Shown one piece after another: positions 1 to 15,860 of a DNA stretch of 64,000 nucleotides. The notes below the pieces were generated by a model. The model searched no databases, was not told the origin of the DNA, and was given only the letters and a program-made list of their open reading frames with translations. How positions within the stretch are numbered: the first letter of the stretch is position 1; every line of letters starts with the position of its first letter. Origin of the DNA: Epiperipatus broadwayi (lineage: Eukaryota; Animalia; Onychophora); NCBI GenBank assembly GCA_028023455.1, contig JAQFVV010000009.1, positions 15,438,001-15,502,000 of the forward strand. The letters are read 5' to 3'. The position numbers were made by a program, and so were the translations under genes.

Positions 1-555
1 AGAAATGTGTGTCTTCTCTCTCATTAAAAAAAAACTATATAATAACAAATTAAAATAAAATGTAAAAAACAAATGTGAAAAAAAAATGAATGAATTGTAA
101 ATTTAAATAAAATGTAATATGTGATATATAAAAGGAAAAACAATATGGCCATAGGTGTGAAAGTCTGTTGGACAAATTCAATTCCATGGACAAAGAAATG
201 TTATCAACGGAAGATCTTTGCCTGATCTGTTAAATTAATTGGGACTTACATTCCGGCCACTAATTAAATAAAGAAACATAATGATAAGAATTGGTTGGAA
301 ATCTAAGTCTTAATTAAAAATTTTTAAAAACAATGAACAAAAGAATGAGATTAAGAAAATTACAATTTTTGTCTGGCATTGCTAGTAGAGACTTTAGAGA
401 AGCAACAGCTAAAAGAAAATGGAAGAAGTGCATGGCTAGTGGCGTTAAAGGGACGTGGGTTCGGATTCAAGCCGTCTCATCACTGACTCGCAATGTAAGA
501 TCTTTGCCTGACCTGCTAGAGGGACCACCGCTTCTGTAGCTGTCAATTGAAACTC

Positions 556-682
556 AACCTAAAGAATCAACCAGCAAACTGGATGAAAATAACCCCACAA
601 ACTGAGGAAGTTAATGGAGAACCTAAGGAATCAACAAGCAAAAACTGGAACGAAAATAACCCCACAAACTGAGGAAGTTAAT
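556..682. repeat. Two-copy tandem duplication, ~64 bp period
   Basis: AACCTAARGAATCAAC...AATAACCCCACAAACTGAGGAAGTTAAT starts at 556 and again at 620. Confidence 0.85.
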
Positions 683-1001
683 CAAGAGCGCTCGGAAGAA
701 ATACCCATGGGACAATTACAACAAAGCCTAGGTAAAAGCATGCATGCATTTTCATTTGTCTACTATTCATAACTAAATATAAAATTAATGATTTGATAAA
801 ATAGAACTCTATCAACAGGACTTTAAGAACTTTAATATCTGATCTATTTTCATATGTTTATTATAGCCATGTATTTTATAAGTGTGTGTTTATTATTATT
901 ATTATAATGTAATTTTTTTATATAAAGTGTGAATATTATTATTAAACATATTTGTCATTAAATTTCGTATCCTTGCTTTATTCTCCTATCACCAAGCTAC
1001 G

Positions 1002-1400
1002 ACAGGGGGGGAAACTGTAATTAGTGATTAAAGGGGCATACTGATTTGTTTAAGATATTCATGTGCTGCTTGTTCGTGCGAAATCCCAATTCTAAAAAAT
1101 AAATAGCAAGCGCTGGACATTCGTTAAGTTTCTTTGAAATAGTTTGCTTTGTTCAGCAGCCGAGGGTATCTTGGTCGGGAAAAATAACGCCAAGATAATA
1201 TGTACGTATTGCCTTGGGGTTCGATCAAGGGTATAGATATGAAATTAAGTTTGTATCTGTATTAGCTCTCTGCTTGTATTGTAATGGCGTTGGTTAAAAT
1301 AATAAATAAGATAATAAAGAATCTAAGTTGTAAACAATAAATGGATAGAAATAAAAGTTATGAAAAGGATAAAAGTATAATAAATAAGTCTAAAATATAA
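1002..1400 (+). mobile_element. Possible polypurine tract plus start of an LTR
   Basis: G-run 1005-1011 followed by AAAC-TGTAA (TG at 1016); the same motif recurs at 43735-43757. The LTR end is not defined. Confidence 0.3.
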
Positions 1401-1424
1401 TTGAAAGTATTAAAGATTTAAATC

Positions 1425-2960
1425 AAATCAAGCAACCATCCAAATAACCATTTCCATTATAATATATAGCAAATTACTACAGTTTAATTTTGTCAAAAAA
1501 TATATTTTTGTTCCTTCAACTGCTTCTTTTAGAATATCTATTATAATTCCATCATTATCTGGAGCTTTTCCTTTCTTCATAAATTTTACTGCATGTCTCA
1601 CTGTTTGATTTAAAATCCTGGGCAATTCAGAAGATATAATAGTTGTAAGAGTTATTTTTCCTTGTTTTTTATTGCTAAATAATTCTTGGTAAAACTTTTT
1701 TACACATTTCATATCATCTCTCTTTTCAATAATATATCCATCTTTTTATCTTATTGCATAAATAAGTTTCCTACCAATATAAAATGTTGTTTTATACTCC
1801 TGAGACTTATTATCTTCTATAGCTTTTTTTGCTATTTCACAATTATACTTTCTTATATCATTATCAACTCTTTTTTGCACCACTTTACAAAATTCAAGAT
1901 ATTCAATGCTTCTTAATGTATCATTTTTATACATTTTCATATTCCTTCTTTTCTTCATAAATTGTCTTGTCTCAATAGAAATTTTACTAGTTATTGCTGC
2001 TTTTTTCTACCAGCTATCTTTGTTGCAGTTTTTAAAAATGTATGTTATCTTCCTATTGATTTCGTTCAAATTTGAATCATGTTTAAAATCTATTAATATA
2101 TGAAAACAATTTGCAAATTCTAATTTAAATTCATTGGAATGTTTCTGGAGATTATGAATATTTGTGAATATTGTTTTTTTTAATCATTTTTGTCTCTCTT
2201 TGTATTAATATATATCTTACATCTCACTAATTGATAATCACTTCCTTTGAATTTATTAAGATTATAATCCTGAAATACATATTTTCTGTTAGTCAAAATA
2301 TAAACCAATTCTGCTGTACCTTCATTTGGATACTTCCATATCCATTTTCATTTAACATTTTTCTCAAAAAAAAAAATTCATAATATAAAGTTTTTCTTTT
2401 TGTGCAAACTCCACAAGTCTATATTCTCTCTCATTTCTATTACCATAACTAAATTTACTTAAAGCACTTTCAATTTCTTACCAATTATAGCATTAATGTC
2501 TCCCATGAAAATTTTACAATGTTTTTTGGTCTGATCAAAAACCTTTTGTACATCCATAAAAATCCTCTAACTTCTTCATCACAATAAGAACTTGTTGGGG
2601 CATAAACCTGAATATCTGCATTTGATATATGCTATTAAATTGAATAAGTAATCTTACCACTTTGTCCAATACACCATTAATTTCCACAATTGTAGTACAG
2701 TATATGTTCATTTTTAAATCAATTATCTCTTCACCTTTTCCCCAACTTCACAGAGTGCAATAATGTCCCATTTAATATTAGGCAGTTCTTACAATTCTTG
2801 CAATCTTCTTTGATTTGAAAATAATCTTCAGTTGTAAGCATCTAAATAAAAGTTACTCATCAAATGGCAGCCTGAGATGCAATCAGGAGATTCTTGGCAC
2901 CTTTTGCCTTTGACCACCAACTACTACTTTAGCTGGTAATTTTGCAGCATCTTGGAATAA
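1425..2960 (-). mobile_element. Degenerate RTE-clade LINE, 5' part (AP endonuclease and linker)
   Basis: Minus-strand translation gives IKWDIIALCEV..KGEEIIDL, IQVYAPTSSY.DEEV and KAPDNDGIIIDILK, with many stops and frameshifts. Homologous to the + strand copy at 49620-52620. Confidence 0.85.
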
Positions 2961-5049
2961 AGGTCATGATTTATTTTTTGTCTAACATGATAGTAAATAT
3001 CTACTAGAAAAACAGATTATTTAACACAAATTCATTCTGCCTTCAAGAAAACTCAACTATCAGGCAAGTGAGAAGCTAGACCATGTTCTTTCTTGCTCTT
3101 AAACTCAGAGGTAAAAAAGCCAATAAACTCAACATGCTGTCTAATGCATGTTGATAAGCAGCCCATTCATGTTTATTGTTTGTATACTATATGAATAATC
3201 ACATAATAATAATAGCTGCAACAACAAGAATGTATAGAGTGGAGATTAGGAATTTGCTTGGTTTGGTTCCTTTAAGAACTCCAAGAGACACCTGATATAT
3301 TGTAAATTTTTGTTACATATAGAAAATTATAAGATATACTGCTGTACTCATGAGCCATAGTTAAGATTAATATTAATGTTCTTATCTTACAATTTTTATG
3401 ATTAAAGTATCATTACTTGTATTCCTAACATAAATAAAACTACAGAAATCTTTAGCTTATGAATCCTCTATCTAGTCTTATACTGAGATAACTCATTCAG
3501 AATACTCAACTTATTTCTGCTCACTAAAATTATATTTGAATTGTTAACTAAAACAAGAGCAGCCATTTATTACAAGTTTGAGCAAACAATGATTATAAGA
3601 AATTTTATTGCATTTTAAATCTCCATCCTCAAATCAGATTCTGGTTTTTCCAATACTGAAACTGGCATGGAATTCAAAGTTGAAAATAATGCAGTTATGT
3701 AACGAGCAATCACATTTAATTCCTTTTTACCATTTAATCTAACAGTATGATATTCAAATCTGCCTAAAATTTTGTGCCCATGTCAACCAGCTTGATTCCT
3801 AAATTTTACTGATAAAGACAAAACAATAAAGAACCTGATAATCACTAACTAATTAAGCTTATATCAGATGATGATAGAGAGCTATTCTTGTTTTGACATA
3901 AATTGGTGAGATGAAGAATTAAGTAATTTGTTCTTATGAACTGTTAACTCTTTGCTTTTTAATCACCAGTCATGAAACTGTCCTAATATTTACGTATAAT
4001 TTTTTGATGATAAAAAAACAAACAAATAATTCAAATTATTTAATATGTTCTTTATCTGGGGAAAAAAAACATCAGTAATCCTTTGATGAGATTCATTGGC
4101 TTAGTGCAGTGAAAGAATCATCTGGAATTTAAATCCATAGATCACTCCAATTCTATTACTTTGGGTGCTCAAACTTCTTATGAATTCCTGAGCTATAAAA
4201 AATATTTGATAATTTAATTAAAGGTTATTCATTTGAAAAAACAAATGACTATAATGAAATTGTCTTCTTTTGGTCATTTTAGGAGGCAATATAATTTATT
4301 AAAAAAAGAGTATACAGATGGGGAGGGGTGAAGAAATACATAATCTGTAAGGAATTTATTTTCTCTATTATCTTTTACTGTTTCTATATGACCATTTGTT
4401 GACACAGCTACAGCATGTAGGTATACAGATTGTTTATCCACTCAAAAGTCATTAATCAAATGAGTGGCCCTTGCTTTCTTACATATTGCCCATGAAGGAC
4501 TTGTCTTTATAATGCAGCTGTAGCTTATAAACTTACTCATGCTCCATTCTATTTTAATTACAGTTTTGATCAATAAATGAAATCTGTATTCCAAAAAAAA
4601 ATTGCATTTGCATTGTGCAAAAATATATACAAGAAAGCAATAACTTTAACAAATACCATTAATCAATCTAACATGTAAAAGAACTAAAGAGGTAATTTTA
4701 TAATTTAAATTTTAATATATATGCGTGTAATAAATAAGTTAATTATAATAAAATTTAAATTGCTTTTATATGTAATTTAAAATTGGAAACATGCAATAAT
4801 AGCATTTCCTTTATCCAGATATGTTATTTTTTTAAATAGTAAAATTGTAATACTATTTATCTTTTTTATTATTATCTATAATATTTTAAAGACTTTATTA
4901 ATTTAAACACACACAAACAAATATTGTTTATCAATTCATTAATTTATTTATTTATAACCTAATCCATCATGAAAATTATTAAAAATTAATTATTCAGTTT
5001 GAAATATTGAATTGTAAATATCAGGAAAAAATATATAAGAAAAAACTGT

Positions 5050-5270
5050 GACATCCATGTTTGTTTTTTTATTTGTAATAGTCTCTTCATAATATCTATT
5101 CCTATAACCTTCATTTCTTTTTATGCATTGCAGACATTCTCCAAGTTTCAAATCCATACAGAAAAATACTTTTTCGCAATACTTTATATATATGGTGAAA
5201 AAAAAGAAAGTGTTTCTTGTTTAAATATTACACTTAAATATTTATAGTTGTTTTAAGTTATTTCATTTTT
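5050..5270 (-). mobile_element. LINE RT C-terminal fragment (RTE-like)
   Basis: Minus strand reads YKYLSVIF (KYLG motif) and SIFLYGFETW (LYG.ETW motif). The relic may extend toward ~6100. Confidence 0.5.
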
Positions 5271-8200
5271 TTTTTTTTTTGAACTTCTATAGCAGTATTA
5301 GGATATCCATTAACCCCAAAGTTAGCTTTCTCCTCATATATTTATAACAAATGCTAATTTTTCTACAACTCTGTTAATTAAAGCATCACATTTGATTAAC
5401 AAGACCAATTAATGAGGATAACATTTTCATTCAACTGAAAAAAATGGATCCCTTTTTCCTTGGCTGGAAATTGATCCAGGACTTTTAGCTTTAAGTATGA
5501 TGTTAAACCATGTTGGATTGATTACAGCTGAATAAAATAAAACTTAGTTTCGTCATATAATTGATGCTCATTCATCACAAAACATTCCAATCAATTAACA
5601 ATATGACTTCTTTAACTTGTAGAATTCTCTTGACATTTTTTTTACATATACAAATTATCTTTTCATGCATATTTTAAAAATAGAAAGAGATCAAACATCT
5701 TTTGAATACCTGTAAACAGTTATGACACATCTATCTCTACTTACATATATATATAAAAGTTTCATGGTATTATCATGTACATAGCCTGGGTTTGGATGTG
5801 GATATTTTTTTTTTCCCAATTAGCAGCGGATTTTCAAGGAAGCCTAGGATTCTTTTCAAATAATCATTTCACTCCTAATCCAGCTAAAAACTCAATTGTT
5901 GGTCAATAAATGAGGATCTAGCTATTCTTAGCAGAAGGTAAAAATATCAATTTAACCTATGTTGGCAAGATAAGTGTCAAGAAAACACCATAAAACAAAA
6001 ACATGTTTATAAAATAATACAATTTTCATCTAATGAAAAAACATATTCCTACAGACACTGAGTCTGTGGTTTACTCTTATTTTTCGAACTTATGTAGAAA
6101 ATTTAAAGCCTTTAAACAAGACTTTAAAATCTCTATTAACATAGAATCAATGTTGAATGTATTGTTTCATACAGTATTATATATCTTTTAATAGATCTGT
6201 GAATGTTTAATCAATTTCTTTATTAGTGACTACAATTAACTGGTAATTCCCTGTAATTTCTAAAATCCATTTTATTTCCTTTTATATTATGGTGAGATAT
6301 AAAATATATTCCACTGATATAATTGACATTGATTGTCTATACATTTGATGATTGATTATAAAACTAATCAACCTGAATGTTTTTCTACATTATCCTTAAC
6401 ACAAATATTCAGAAATATAGGTCATTACATTAAGAAGTATTTTAATGGCAGATTTCACTTGATTTAGATTGAATTTTTTTTTCATTACTCACTTCTATCT
6501 ACATGTTTCAGATATGCTCATGTCTTTTTTCAGTTCAGTTTTCTTAATATCCAATATAGACTTCTATGATAAAGCACAGCAATAAAGTAGTGAACTTTAA
6601 GAGCTCTATTTTTTTTTGATTGAATATTGGCCTATCACTTTAGAGCTTAAATATCACATGACCTTTCAAGAAAAAAACTTTTAATACTTACAATAAAGAT
6701 CTTATAATGAAGCAATTAAAAAACTTTTGAAATCAACAATCTTTTTAATTGAATATCCTAGATATACTATTTGATATGTGATATTGTAAATAATTTATTT
6801 TAGAGAAGATTGGATTTTCAGTTGACATTTTTAGAAATATAGTATATTATTAATTATTCAAAGCATCCAAAAGATGATAAATAATGCATTGTATTTAGAA
6901 AATACAGTAACAAGTAAAAGTAAACTACAAAAATTTAATGTTTAAGGTATAATTAAGAGAGCTGAGGATAAATAAAGACATTATGAAAGTAAAAGATAGA
7001 TAAGACTTATAATGATAAAAAAATATGATAATATAATGCCAAAAATACTTACAAAACACATTACAGCTTTTGTAATTAAGAAAAGATATTTCTCTAAGTA
7101 TTCATTTCCATCTAATCAAAGATTCAACTAAATAGAAGACTACATACCTAGAGATCCATGAGCTACACTGATGGTAATAACTTCCAGACCAAACAAGTCA
7201 AAGATAACCAAGATTAGTTTATTGCAGTGGATGTGGAGATATTTGAACTGCTTCTTTATTAATTATAAAAAAATTTGAACTATAAAAAATATAACAAATC
7301 TTGAAGAAAAATCTATTTAACATCAAATTTAATATAATGTGTTTTTTTAATTATAGTTTCACCTATTCTGCTTGTTTATTTTTTATATTCATATTATACA
7401 TAAGCATGCCTGAAATTTGTTGATGAGATTAAGTTTTGCACTTCTATTTGCTCATTAATAATTTTCCATTACTCAGTCTTAGATTATATGTTTGATAATA
7501 TCAGAAACCTTTTCTTGAATTGTTTTATGTAATTTATATTTTTTTATTCTTATAAAACAAACTGAAAATGTAATCTCCTTAAACATATTGTTCTTTAGAA
7601 GGAAACTGAAACAGAAATAGCACAACATCATACTTCCTTTCGTGAGAATATGTGTAAACCATTATGTTATTCAATGCTCCATCTTCTGCATTGGGATTCA
7701 TAATGGATATTAATTGTATCTTAAGTCACATAATATACAGTGTGACAAACTTAGGTTCATAAGCTATTTATCATAATTTCATTTGTATTTTTTTATTATT
7801 CCAGATAGATTCATGACAGTTTATGCTAGCAAAAGAAAAAAAATAGATACTATCTTCATAAGAATAAATGCAGAAAAGTTCAAGTATCATAATAAGCTCC
7901 AAATAATTAGAGAATTTTTGTTTGATTGTTTGTTTGTTTCAAAGAATGGAAAAAACTCTCATTGTTGAGGTCAATCAGAAAATTCAACCCATTGACTCAA
8001 TTTAAATCTTTAAATTATATAATTAAGAGATTTGTCAGTTGGTTAGAAGTTCAATGCTTAGCATTCTGACAAACTTGCAAAAAATTTTGATCATTTCAAA
8101 GAAACAGGAAGCATTTGTGATAATCAGCTTTGTGATTGTCCATAAAAATCAACCTATGTGGCTACTTTATACATTTTTTAATTACTATAATTAATATATC

Positions 8201-11200
8201 AGACTGACTTTTGAAATACCCTATATATAGGTTTATAACAATGTCATAGATGCCAAGTCATAACAGACAACAAAACTTGCAGGATCACATGAACAAGAGA
8301 CTCGTAAAATCCAAAAATTTATTTTTATGTGCCATAAGATCTCAGATGATATATTTTCAGACTTTTAATATGGTAAAATTATAATTACAGTTAGAATAAT
8401 CCATGTTTATATTTAAAAATTGTTATGTAATGATATTTGAAAGTTCTAATTAAATCTATACACAACTCTTTTATACATAGTCACAAGAAAAGATTTGCAT
8501 AATTCTAATTATTTTTCTACATTTTGACATATGATTACAAACTTTTTATATCATCTGTTTTATTTCATAGTGTAGAAATTGACAATATTTCTCTAACTTT
8601 TTAAAACATTACCAATATCGCATATAAAAATATTTAAATCTTTTCTTAGAATAATTTGATAAGAAGTTCGAAAGTTTTCATTAGTGAAATAAGATCTTAA
8701 GGGGAAAAAATCCCAAGCATTTCTCAGAAATAATAATTATGAGTATGATCATTTGGTAAATTAACTTAATGAAAATTTTTATTTAGCTTTTCACACTATT
8801 GGTAATTGTGGCTAATGTTGAATGATCTTTTAGTAAAATGAAAAATAATATAAAAAAAACATCAAAAAAAATTTAATGGGCAAACTTGCATTTCTAGTTA
8901 TTGAATACAAAGAGTCATCCAAAATGAACTTTAAAAGCAGTGATTTTGCTATGCAAAGGTGAAAAGAAAGTTTATTAAAATGGGTGAATTTATTAATTTG
9001 CTTTATATAATATATAATAACAAAATGTTAATGAATAAAAACAAAAATTTAGCATTTTGAAATTGGAGAGTCTTTTGAGACGTTTGCCTTCATTTTATAG
9101 CTAATACTAGCATTTATGCAAATTAAGTGGTATGTTAAATTGAAATAACAACTTCAAATAATCTCTTAATATAGTGATCAAGCAATAATACAGAAATTGA
9201 TATCAATAGTACTGGCCATAGCCTATTAATTAACAAATCAGATATTTAACAACGATATATATAAATAATACATTTAAAAAGTGAATATTTTATACAATAT
9301 TTATATAGTTGGAAAAAAAAAAACTCAACACCTAAATTATTACTTATTTGACTTTAATTTGCTACTAAGTTATAATCACTTTTAATCTTACAATTTATGG
9401 AAATGAATGCTAATAATTTTTTTTTAAGAAATTGAATTATCGCTAGATGTCTATTTCATTCCCTGATCCTTTTGTATTTAATCACCACTATCAAGGTATT
9501 AAAAAACAAACACATTAATGTCACATATTAAAAAAGAAAAGAATAATTAATACAAAAATTGATAATAAATTATATTACTTCAATTCATGTCTAAGTTTGA
9601 CGATTATTAATTATAACCACCATCACCTTTTCAGTTAATCTCCTCAATTAATATACTGTCTGAGAAATGGGAAGGAGAAAACAATTGAAAATTAAATTGG
9701 AAAATAAAGTTATAAGAATATCAATTAGCTTTATTAATAACAAAATTAAAAAATATAATAAAAGACTCAAAGTTTGCAATGTTTTTTTTTTAAAAAAAAA
9801 AAATCTTTCTTAGAATATAATATTTAAAATAATTAAAAATTCAAATTTGCAAAAAAAAAAAAACCCTTCTGCATAAATTGTATTAAAACATGCATCAATA
9901 ACAGAGAGATTAGGGTGAAAGTAAAATCATAAAATCTTTCTCTGTTTTGAATAAAAAGATGCAAATAAGGTAATAAAAGATAATTTAGTATGCAAATTAA
10001 CTAATTTGTTTAATAAAATTTTTATTATACAATTTTAAAAATTACAACTTTTTTTTTCGCTAAAACTAAAAATACAAATGTCATCATTCTTATTTTAAAC
10101 AACCCAGAGACAATGAATTTATTGAAAGAAAGGAAGCTACAAAATGGACTCACGAGATCCTTGCATCAGCTTGCAATTCAAGTCAAAATTACTGAAGTCA
10201 GTCATAAGATTGAGAGATTATTGGAATACAAATTAAATAAGTAAAATGCATAATAAATTTTACATCGTAACTTATTTGCAAATGATATAGTTCTTATTTT
10301 TAAAAAAATCAATAAAAATAGCAAAGTATTAAAATACCAAAAATAAACGGAGCAGATAACATCTTGCTGTTATTTGGGATTCATAATTACATCAGATAAA
10401 AAAAAAACATGCTAGGGGTATTGTCTTTAGATTGTCCAGCTCTTATTTATATACTATGGTGCATAAAGATATGGTGACATCTTTATGTAATATAAAAAGA
10501 TCACATTTATTTTTGTTCTTGTTTATCCAAAGTAGGCATTGAAATGATAAGTGGTTTTGGAAAATATATTAGGATGTTTGACATTTTTAATATTTAGCAT
10601 GAAATGCATAATTATAAAGAATAGAAGCATTCTTTGTCATGGCATTTACTTTGATTAAAAGAATATTAAACACGGGGCATGGAATTTGTAGAAATTAATT
10701 GCATTAGCATGTGTGAGAAAGATAGGTCTTTGAATGCAACTCATTTCAAGGAAGAGCCGCCATTCAGCATAGAGATTAGAGGAAGAGGAAGCAATTCATT
10801 TTTTTTTTTTTTTTTTGTAATTAATAAAATATTATTCTTGAGTTTCTTTTTTTATTTATGAACATTTCTTTGCCAATTATTAAGCAAAAATTAATAAAAT
10901 ATTTTTCTTGGGTTTTTTTTTTTGTTTTGTTTTGTTTATAAACATTTCTTTGCGATTATTAATTAAGAAAATTGGTTAATAAAGACTTCTCTATTGACAT
11001 TAAAGCTAGTTTTATTGGGTGCTTTTATATAATAATATCGTGCATGATTTTTGATTCTATTTAGAGCTAAAAAGAGTCTTTTTACAAATAGACTAGTAGA
11101 AATTATGATCAAGATTAAGGTGCCAAATAATACTATTTGTGGAAAGGTAGAATCTAATTCTGTAAAATTTATGTGCAAAAAGTTTATTAGTATCTTTAAT

Positions 11201-13609
11201 TTTTAAATCATCTGAATTATAGACAAGTATTAATTCATTTCTTAACTTGAAAAATCAAAATATCTATCACAAACAAATTTTAAATTTCCATAAGCATCTT
11301 CAAAAAATTTTATGCAAAAAGTTTGCAACATTTTTGGATTAATTAATTTGAGATAAAGTAAATTTGATGTCTTTAAACCATTCGTCTATTTGTGTCAAAA
11401 GATTAACTAATACTAAAAAAAAAAAAAGTATCCTGTAATCACATGGATCACTTTAACATTTTCATTTCTATTATTGCTGGATTTTTTAAAAATATATACA
11501 TAGATATTTGATTGGCTTATCTCAATAACTTTCAAGTTGATCACGTTTACAAATAATTGTTTGTTTGTTTTTTAAAAAACAACTTATTTATTTTTAATAA
11601 GCAATATAAAATATTGTATAGAACACGAGTCAAAAAAAAATATCGGAAAAAATTGATTAAAAAAACAACAATACTTGAAATCATTTAAATATAAGTAATC
11701 TGTGTGTCACTTGTCAGTTTTCTAAAATCATTTCAAATATTGTTATTAACCTATGCCAACATTTAAAAAGAACTTAATAATTCTATTATATTTACAACTT
11801 TTTGCACTTACTGATGAAAATGTTTTTTTAAATTTCTTTGCCTAGGACATTAGTGTGATTTGTAGAACTATTGAAAAAGATGCTAAAACTCTAAATTTTA
11901 CATTCTTTGAATTGTGACTTTTCGAATAGTTGAAAGAAAATAACAATCTATGAGCACAGAAATGAACTTGTTGTTCTATCTTTTATAAAGCTGTGATAAA
12001 AGTCCAGGTATTGCAAACGTATTATCATCGGTTAGTGAAATTATATTTCCTTTACAATCATTTTTTTTTTTTAAAGTTAAAATACTTACTCAGCTAAAGC
12101 AAATGATGATCTATCACAACCAATACCCTTAAATTCTATAAATCATTCATGAACTTTTTTTTCATTTAAATAATGTCTAGGCTTAGGTGATAACTGTGAA
12201 ATATTTCTGCAATGAATAGTTTCATCAAGTGATATCTGAGAAAATATATTTTTTTTTATTTTCTTATAAATATAATTCAGAATGTTTCCAACAGAACCTA
12301 TTAAATCATTTTGTAGTAAATTACAAAGGTCTGAAAATATATTTGCGACATCTAAATAGCATGACAATAACTTATCATAATGCTTCATGAGAGATGAAAC
12401 AATTTCATCATGATTGTTATATCCCAAATTGATTATTTAAAATAGACTTTAAAAACCATGTGATTTTAAACAACCTGAAAACAGATGTAACAACTATGAC
12501 TACTTGGATAATAGCCTATTTGCTGCATTTAAAATTATTAAATTTTAAAAATGGCTACAAACTTCAACTTCAACGGTCTTTTAATACATTTCAGAAAGAC
12601 AAGCAAAATTGATAAAAATGACTCTTCCATAACCCTCAGCAAAAACCTAATTAATACCAATTTATTTTCTTCAAAACCAAAAATTATCTCTTAAATAAAA
12701 ATTACTTTCTGATATAAATTGAAATAGAAATGACATCAAATCTAAACTTAAATTATAATTTGTCTTCTAAAAATGCAAATGTTAAACAAATTTCATTAGA
12801 TAAATTTCAATTCTCATTTCTTAAATAGTGATAATTTTAAGAGCATAAAAATTTAGAAAGTGTACTTATATTCCCAAGACATTAAATAATACTTACCATC
12901 CACTGCTATTGATATTAGCCTTATTATATCATCTTCAAACTGGGAACATAAACACTATTTTAATATCTCAAAATCCAACAGTATTTAGGTTAAAAAAGAA
13001 ATTTTTATTTTATTTTAAATTAAATACATACAAAAGAAATATTTTCTGTAATGCCCACATCTCAGAAATATCAAATATCTTTCATAACATAGTAGATGCT
13101 GAATTTCTTTCATTAAACTTCTAACTGTTGACTACTTAAATTTATTTGACAAGACTATCTTGGATAATGCAGTTAAATTTGCATCATTATTTCTTGTGCA
13201 TAACTCTATTGATAACTGCTTATGTGATAAACATGGTGTTTTATTTTTCAATGGCCATAACTTGTATTATATTTCAAAAGACTAAATATTATCATAAATG
13301 CTAAAATAATTTATTTATAAACAGATGTTTTCAAACACTTTACAAGTTATGATTAAGATACCGTTTATATACAAAGATCTATTATTAGCAAGAAGACTCA
13401 TTCCATCCCAACTAATAAAATCTTTCAGTTTCATTTAAAGTTTTAACTTGGTAAAACAACAGATATTCTTTAAATTGTGCTTATAGATCAGTTCCTTGCA
13501 ATAGTCATATAAAAATAAATTTAATAGGGTGATTTTAAATTCTATTATCCATCAGTGGCATAGCTAGATTTTTAGTGTCCAATTCTTTCATAATATCACC
13601 TTCATTTTT

Positions 13610-14420
13610 AAAAAGGAAATGTGTACAAAATTAAAATTTCATATTTATTTTCCCACAACTTCATTATTTGTGCCATTTCTACATGCAAGAATTTATATTC
13701 AATTAACAAATGCCTAATATTTTCTATGCCTTCCTTACACAACTTGCAGACTAAATCACTCACATTTTTCCATTTATGTGTATATTCCCTTGTTGCTAAA
13801 GATCCTGTTCGAGCCTTAAACAGTAAACTACTTTCCTTGCTATTATCATAAATTAACTCATATCCAGTATTCTGTTTCCTTCTATATATATACTTAAATT
13901 CTTTTTACTCTCCATATTAGCTCTCCATCTCTCCAATTCCCTATTCTTTATTAATGCATCTATTCTTCTATCCCATTCCTTGCAACTATTACATTCAACA
14001 ATTCTCCTAACACAATCATCACACTTATACTGACAAAAATTATTTATCCAAATCTGCATACTGTATCATATTTCTCAACCATCTTGTTGCCTGCCCTTTA
14101 CTCACAACCCAATTAAATACTATTTTGGCTATTCTCTTATTATTCATAAACTGCAATCTACCAAACATTTTCATTTTTGCTTTTTGCATCTCTCATATAA
14201 AACTTGACCACCCCCATTTCTCCTTGAATTGCCTCCTTTGCCATCCACATATCTGCATCCAATGCATGTCTTCCTACTGTTTTTTGTACTTTTTCTAAGT
14301 TATCTAACACTCCTTTATTTACACATAACACATCATTACCATATGTTAACACTGTTACTGCTACTCTCTTCCATAGATTTCTAGCTAAATCATATTTATT
14401 ATATGAAAACACTGTTCATG
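13610..14420 (-). mobile_element. 3' fragment of a non-LTR retrotransposon (RT C-terminus plus zinc-knuckle-like motif)
   Basis: Pieces read LWKRVAVTVLTYG..LEKVQKTVGRHAL..EAIQGEMG (ORF 14158-14412) and LLFKARTGSL..VCKLCKEGIENIRHLLIE (C-x2-C..H motif of LINE ORF2 ends). Confidence 0.8.
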
Positions 14421-15439
14421 AGATGATGATGAGATGAGATGCATTGTGGTTTCTTTTTTTGGAGTCAGGAATCTCTCAGTTAGCATGCCCAGGGAAAATA
14501 AATAAAAAATTATGGGAAAAATTTATAATAAAAAACTCTTATGGGGTGGCAATTAATTGCCCAAGGAAGTAAAAATTCATGGTCCCAAACTATAAAACTA
14601 TGGCAATGTCCATGTTAACCATGCCAAGTTTTTCATGAAATATACATTTGTGACATTTGTGGATGTTTGTTTTCACTAGACAAAATATCATATATGAAAA
14701 ATATGAGAATGGAGGAAAGTATCAATACACTCATGGTTATTCAAACAAAATTTATTATTGACTATGATTCAGAATTTATTTCAATAAAATTTAAAGAATA
14801 TATATGCAACATTAAAGCACTTAACACATATCCTTGTGATAATACCATCTTAAATCCAATGGATTAGCAGAAAATATCTTTACCCAATTAAAAATAAACT
14901 CTGAGAAAAGGAACATAAATGTATTTTTAATGCATTATTATGTCAGCAACTGCTATTATGTAAAAAATTGAGAGTGAAAATATATTACTCCCAAATAAAA
15001 AGTATATGAGTCCAACATTAAGTTGCAATAAGTTTACAATAAGTAATAAGTTACGAGTCAGAAATACTTTACACAAATTATGAATTGGGAGATTTTAAAA
15101 TTTAGTATCAAAAAAAATTGTAGCAGTGAAATCAATGTAATATCCAAAAACATATATTATGTTGCAAAAACTGAAAGCTGTAAAGCTAATAACTAATGAA
15201 ATCAAATAAAGATAAATTGGAAAATTAATAAAACTGAATCACAGGAAGTACAAATAAAAACTGAAAGCAATATTAATGGTGCAAATGACAGTAATATTAA
15301 AGCAGCAGATGAAGTGGACATTCATCTTTCATTAATTGATTATAGCTAAACCTGAAGTAGAAAATTTCCAAGATCAGAAAGACTAGGAATACTAACCAAA
15401 TTCTTAAAGAGTTATTTTTGTAAAGCAAATTTTAAATCT

Positions 15440-15860
15440 TAGGCTAGTAATGTTGACCCATGAGTCATGGCAGGGGGTGATGAAAAATGTGTTGGGTAGG
15501 GGGTTACAAAACTTGTAAAAAAAATTCTCTTAACTTTAGGATAATGGTGTTTTTCTTCTTTTTTTGGAAAGAATTTCTCATTTTTAAAAATAGATAAAAA
15601 TCACATAAAAATAGTTTTTTGATGTATCATAATTTTTTTGTTAAATATACAATTTGTTTCAAAAATTACATTTTAAATCATGTGTGCTTAATATTAAAAT
15701 ATTAAGAAATATAAATCAGTATATTAATTAAAACTAGTATATGAATATTCTTACATACGCATATTTATAATTTAAGCATGGTAAAAATAAATAATGAGTC
15801 TCATCAAATTTTTGTCTGAGTAAGGAGATTGCAAGCATAAAAAAGTTGGGCACCACTATT
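15440..15860. mobile_element. Possible decayed hAT-type MITE
   Basis: Right end AAAAAAGTTGGGCACCACTA (~15840-15859) resembles hAT/Charlie-type TIRs; the left TIR is barely recognisable. Confidence 0.3.
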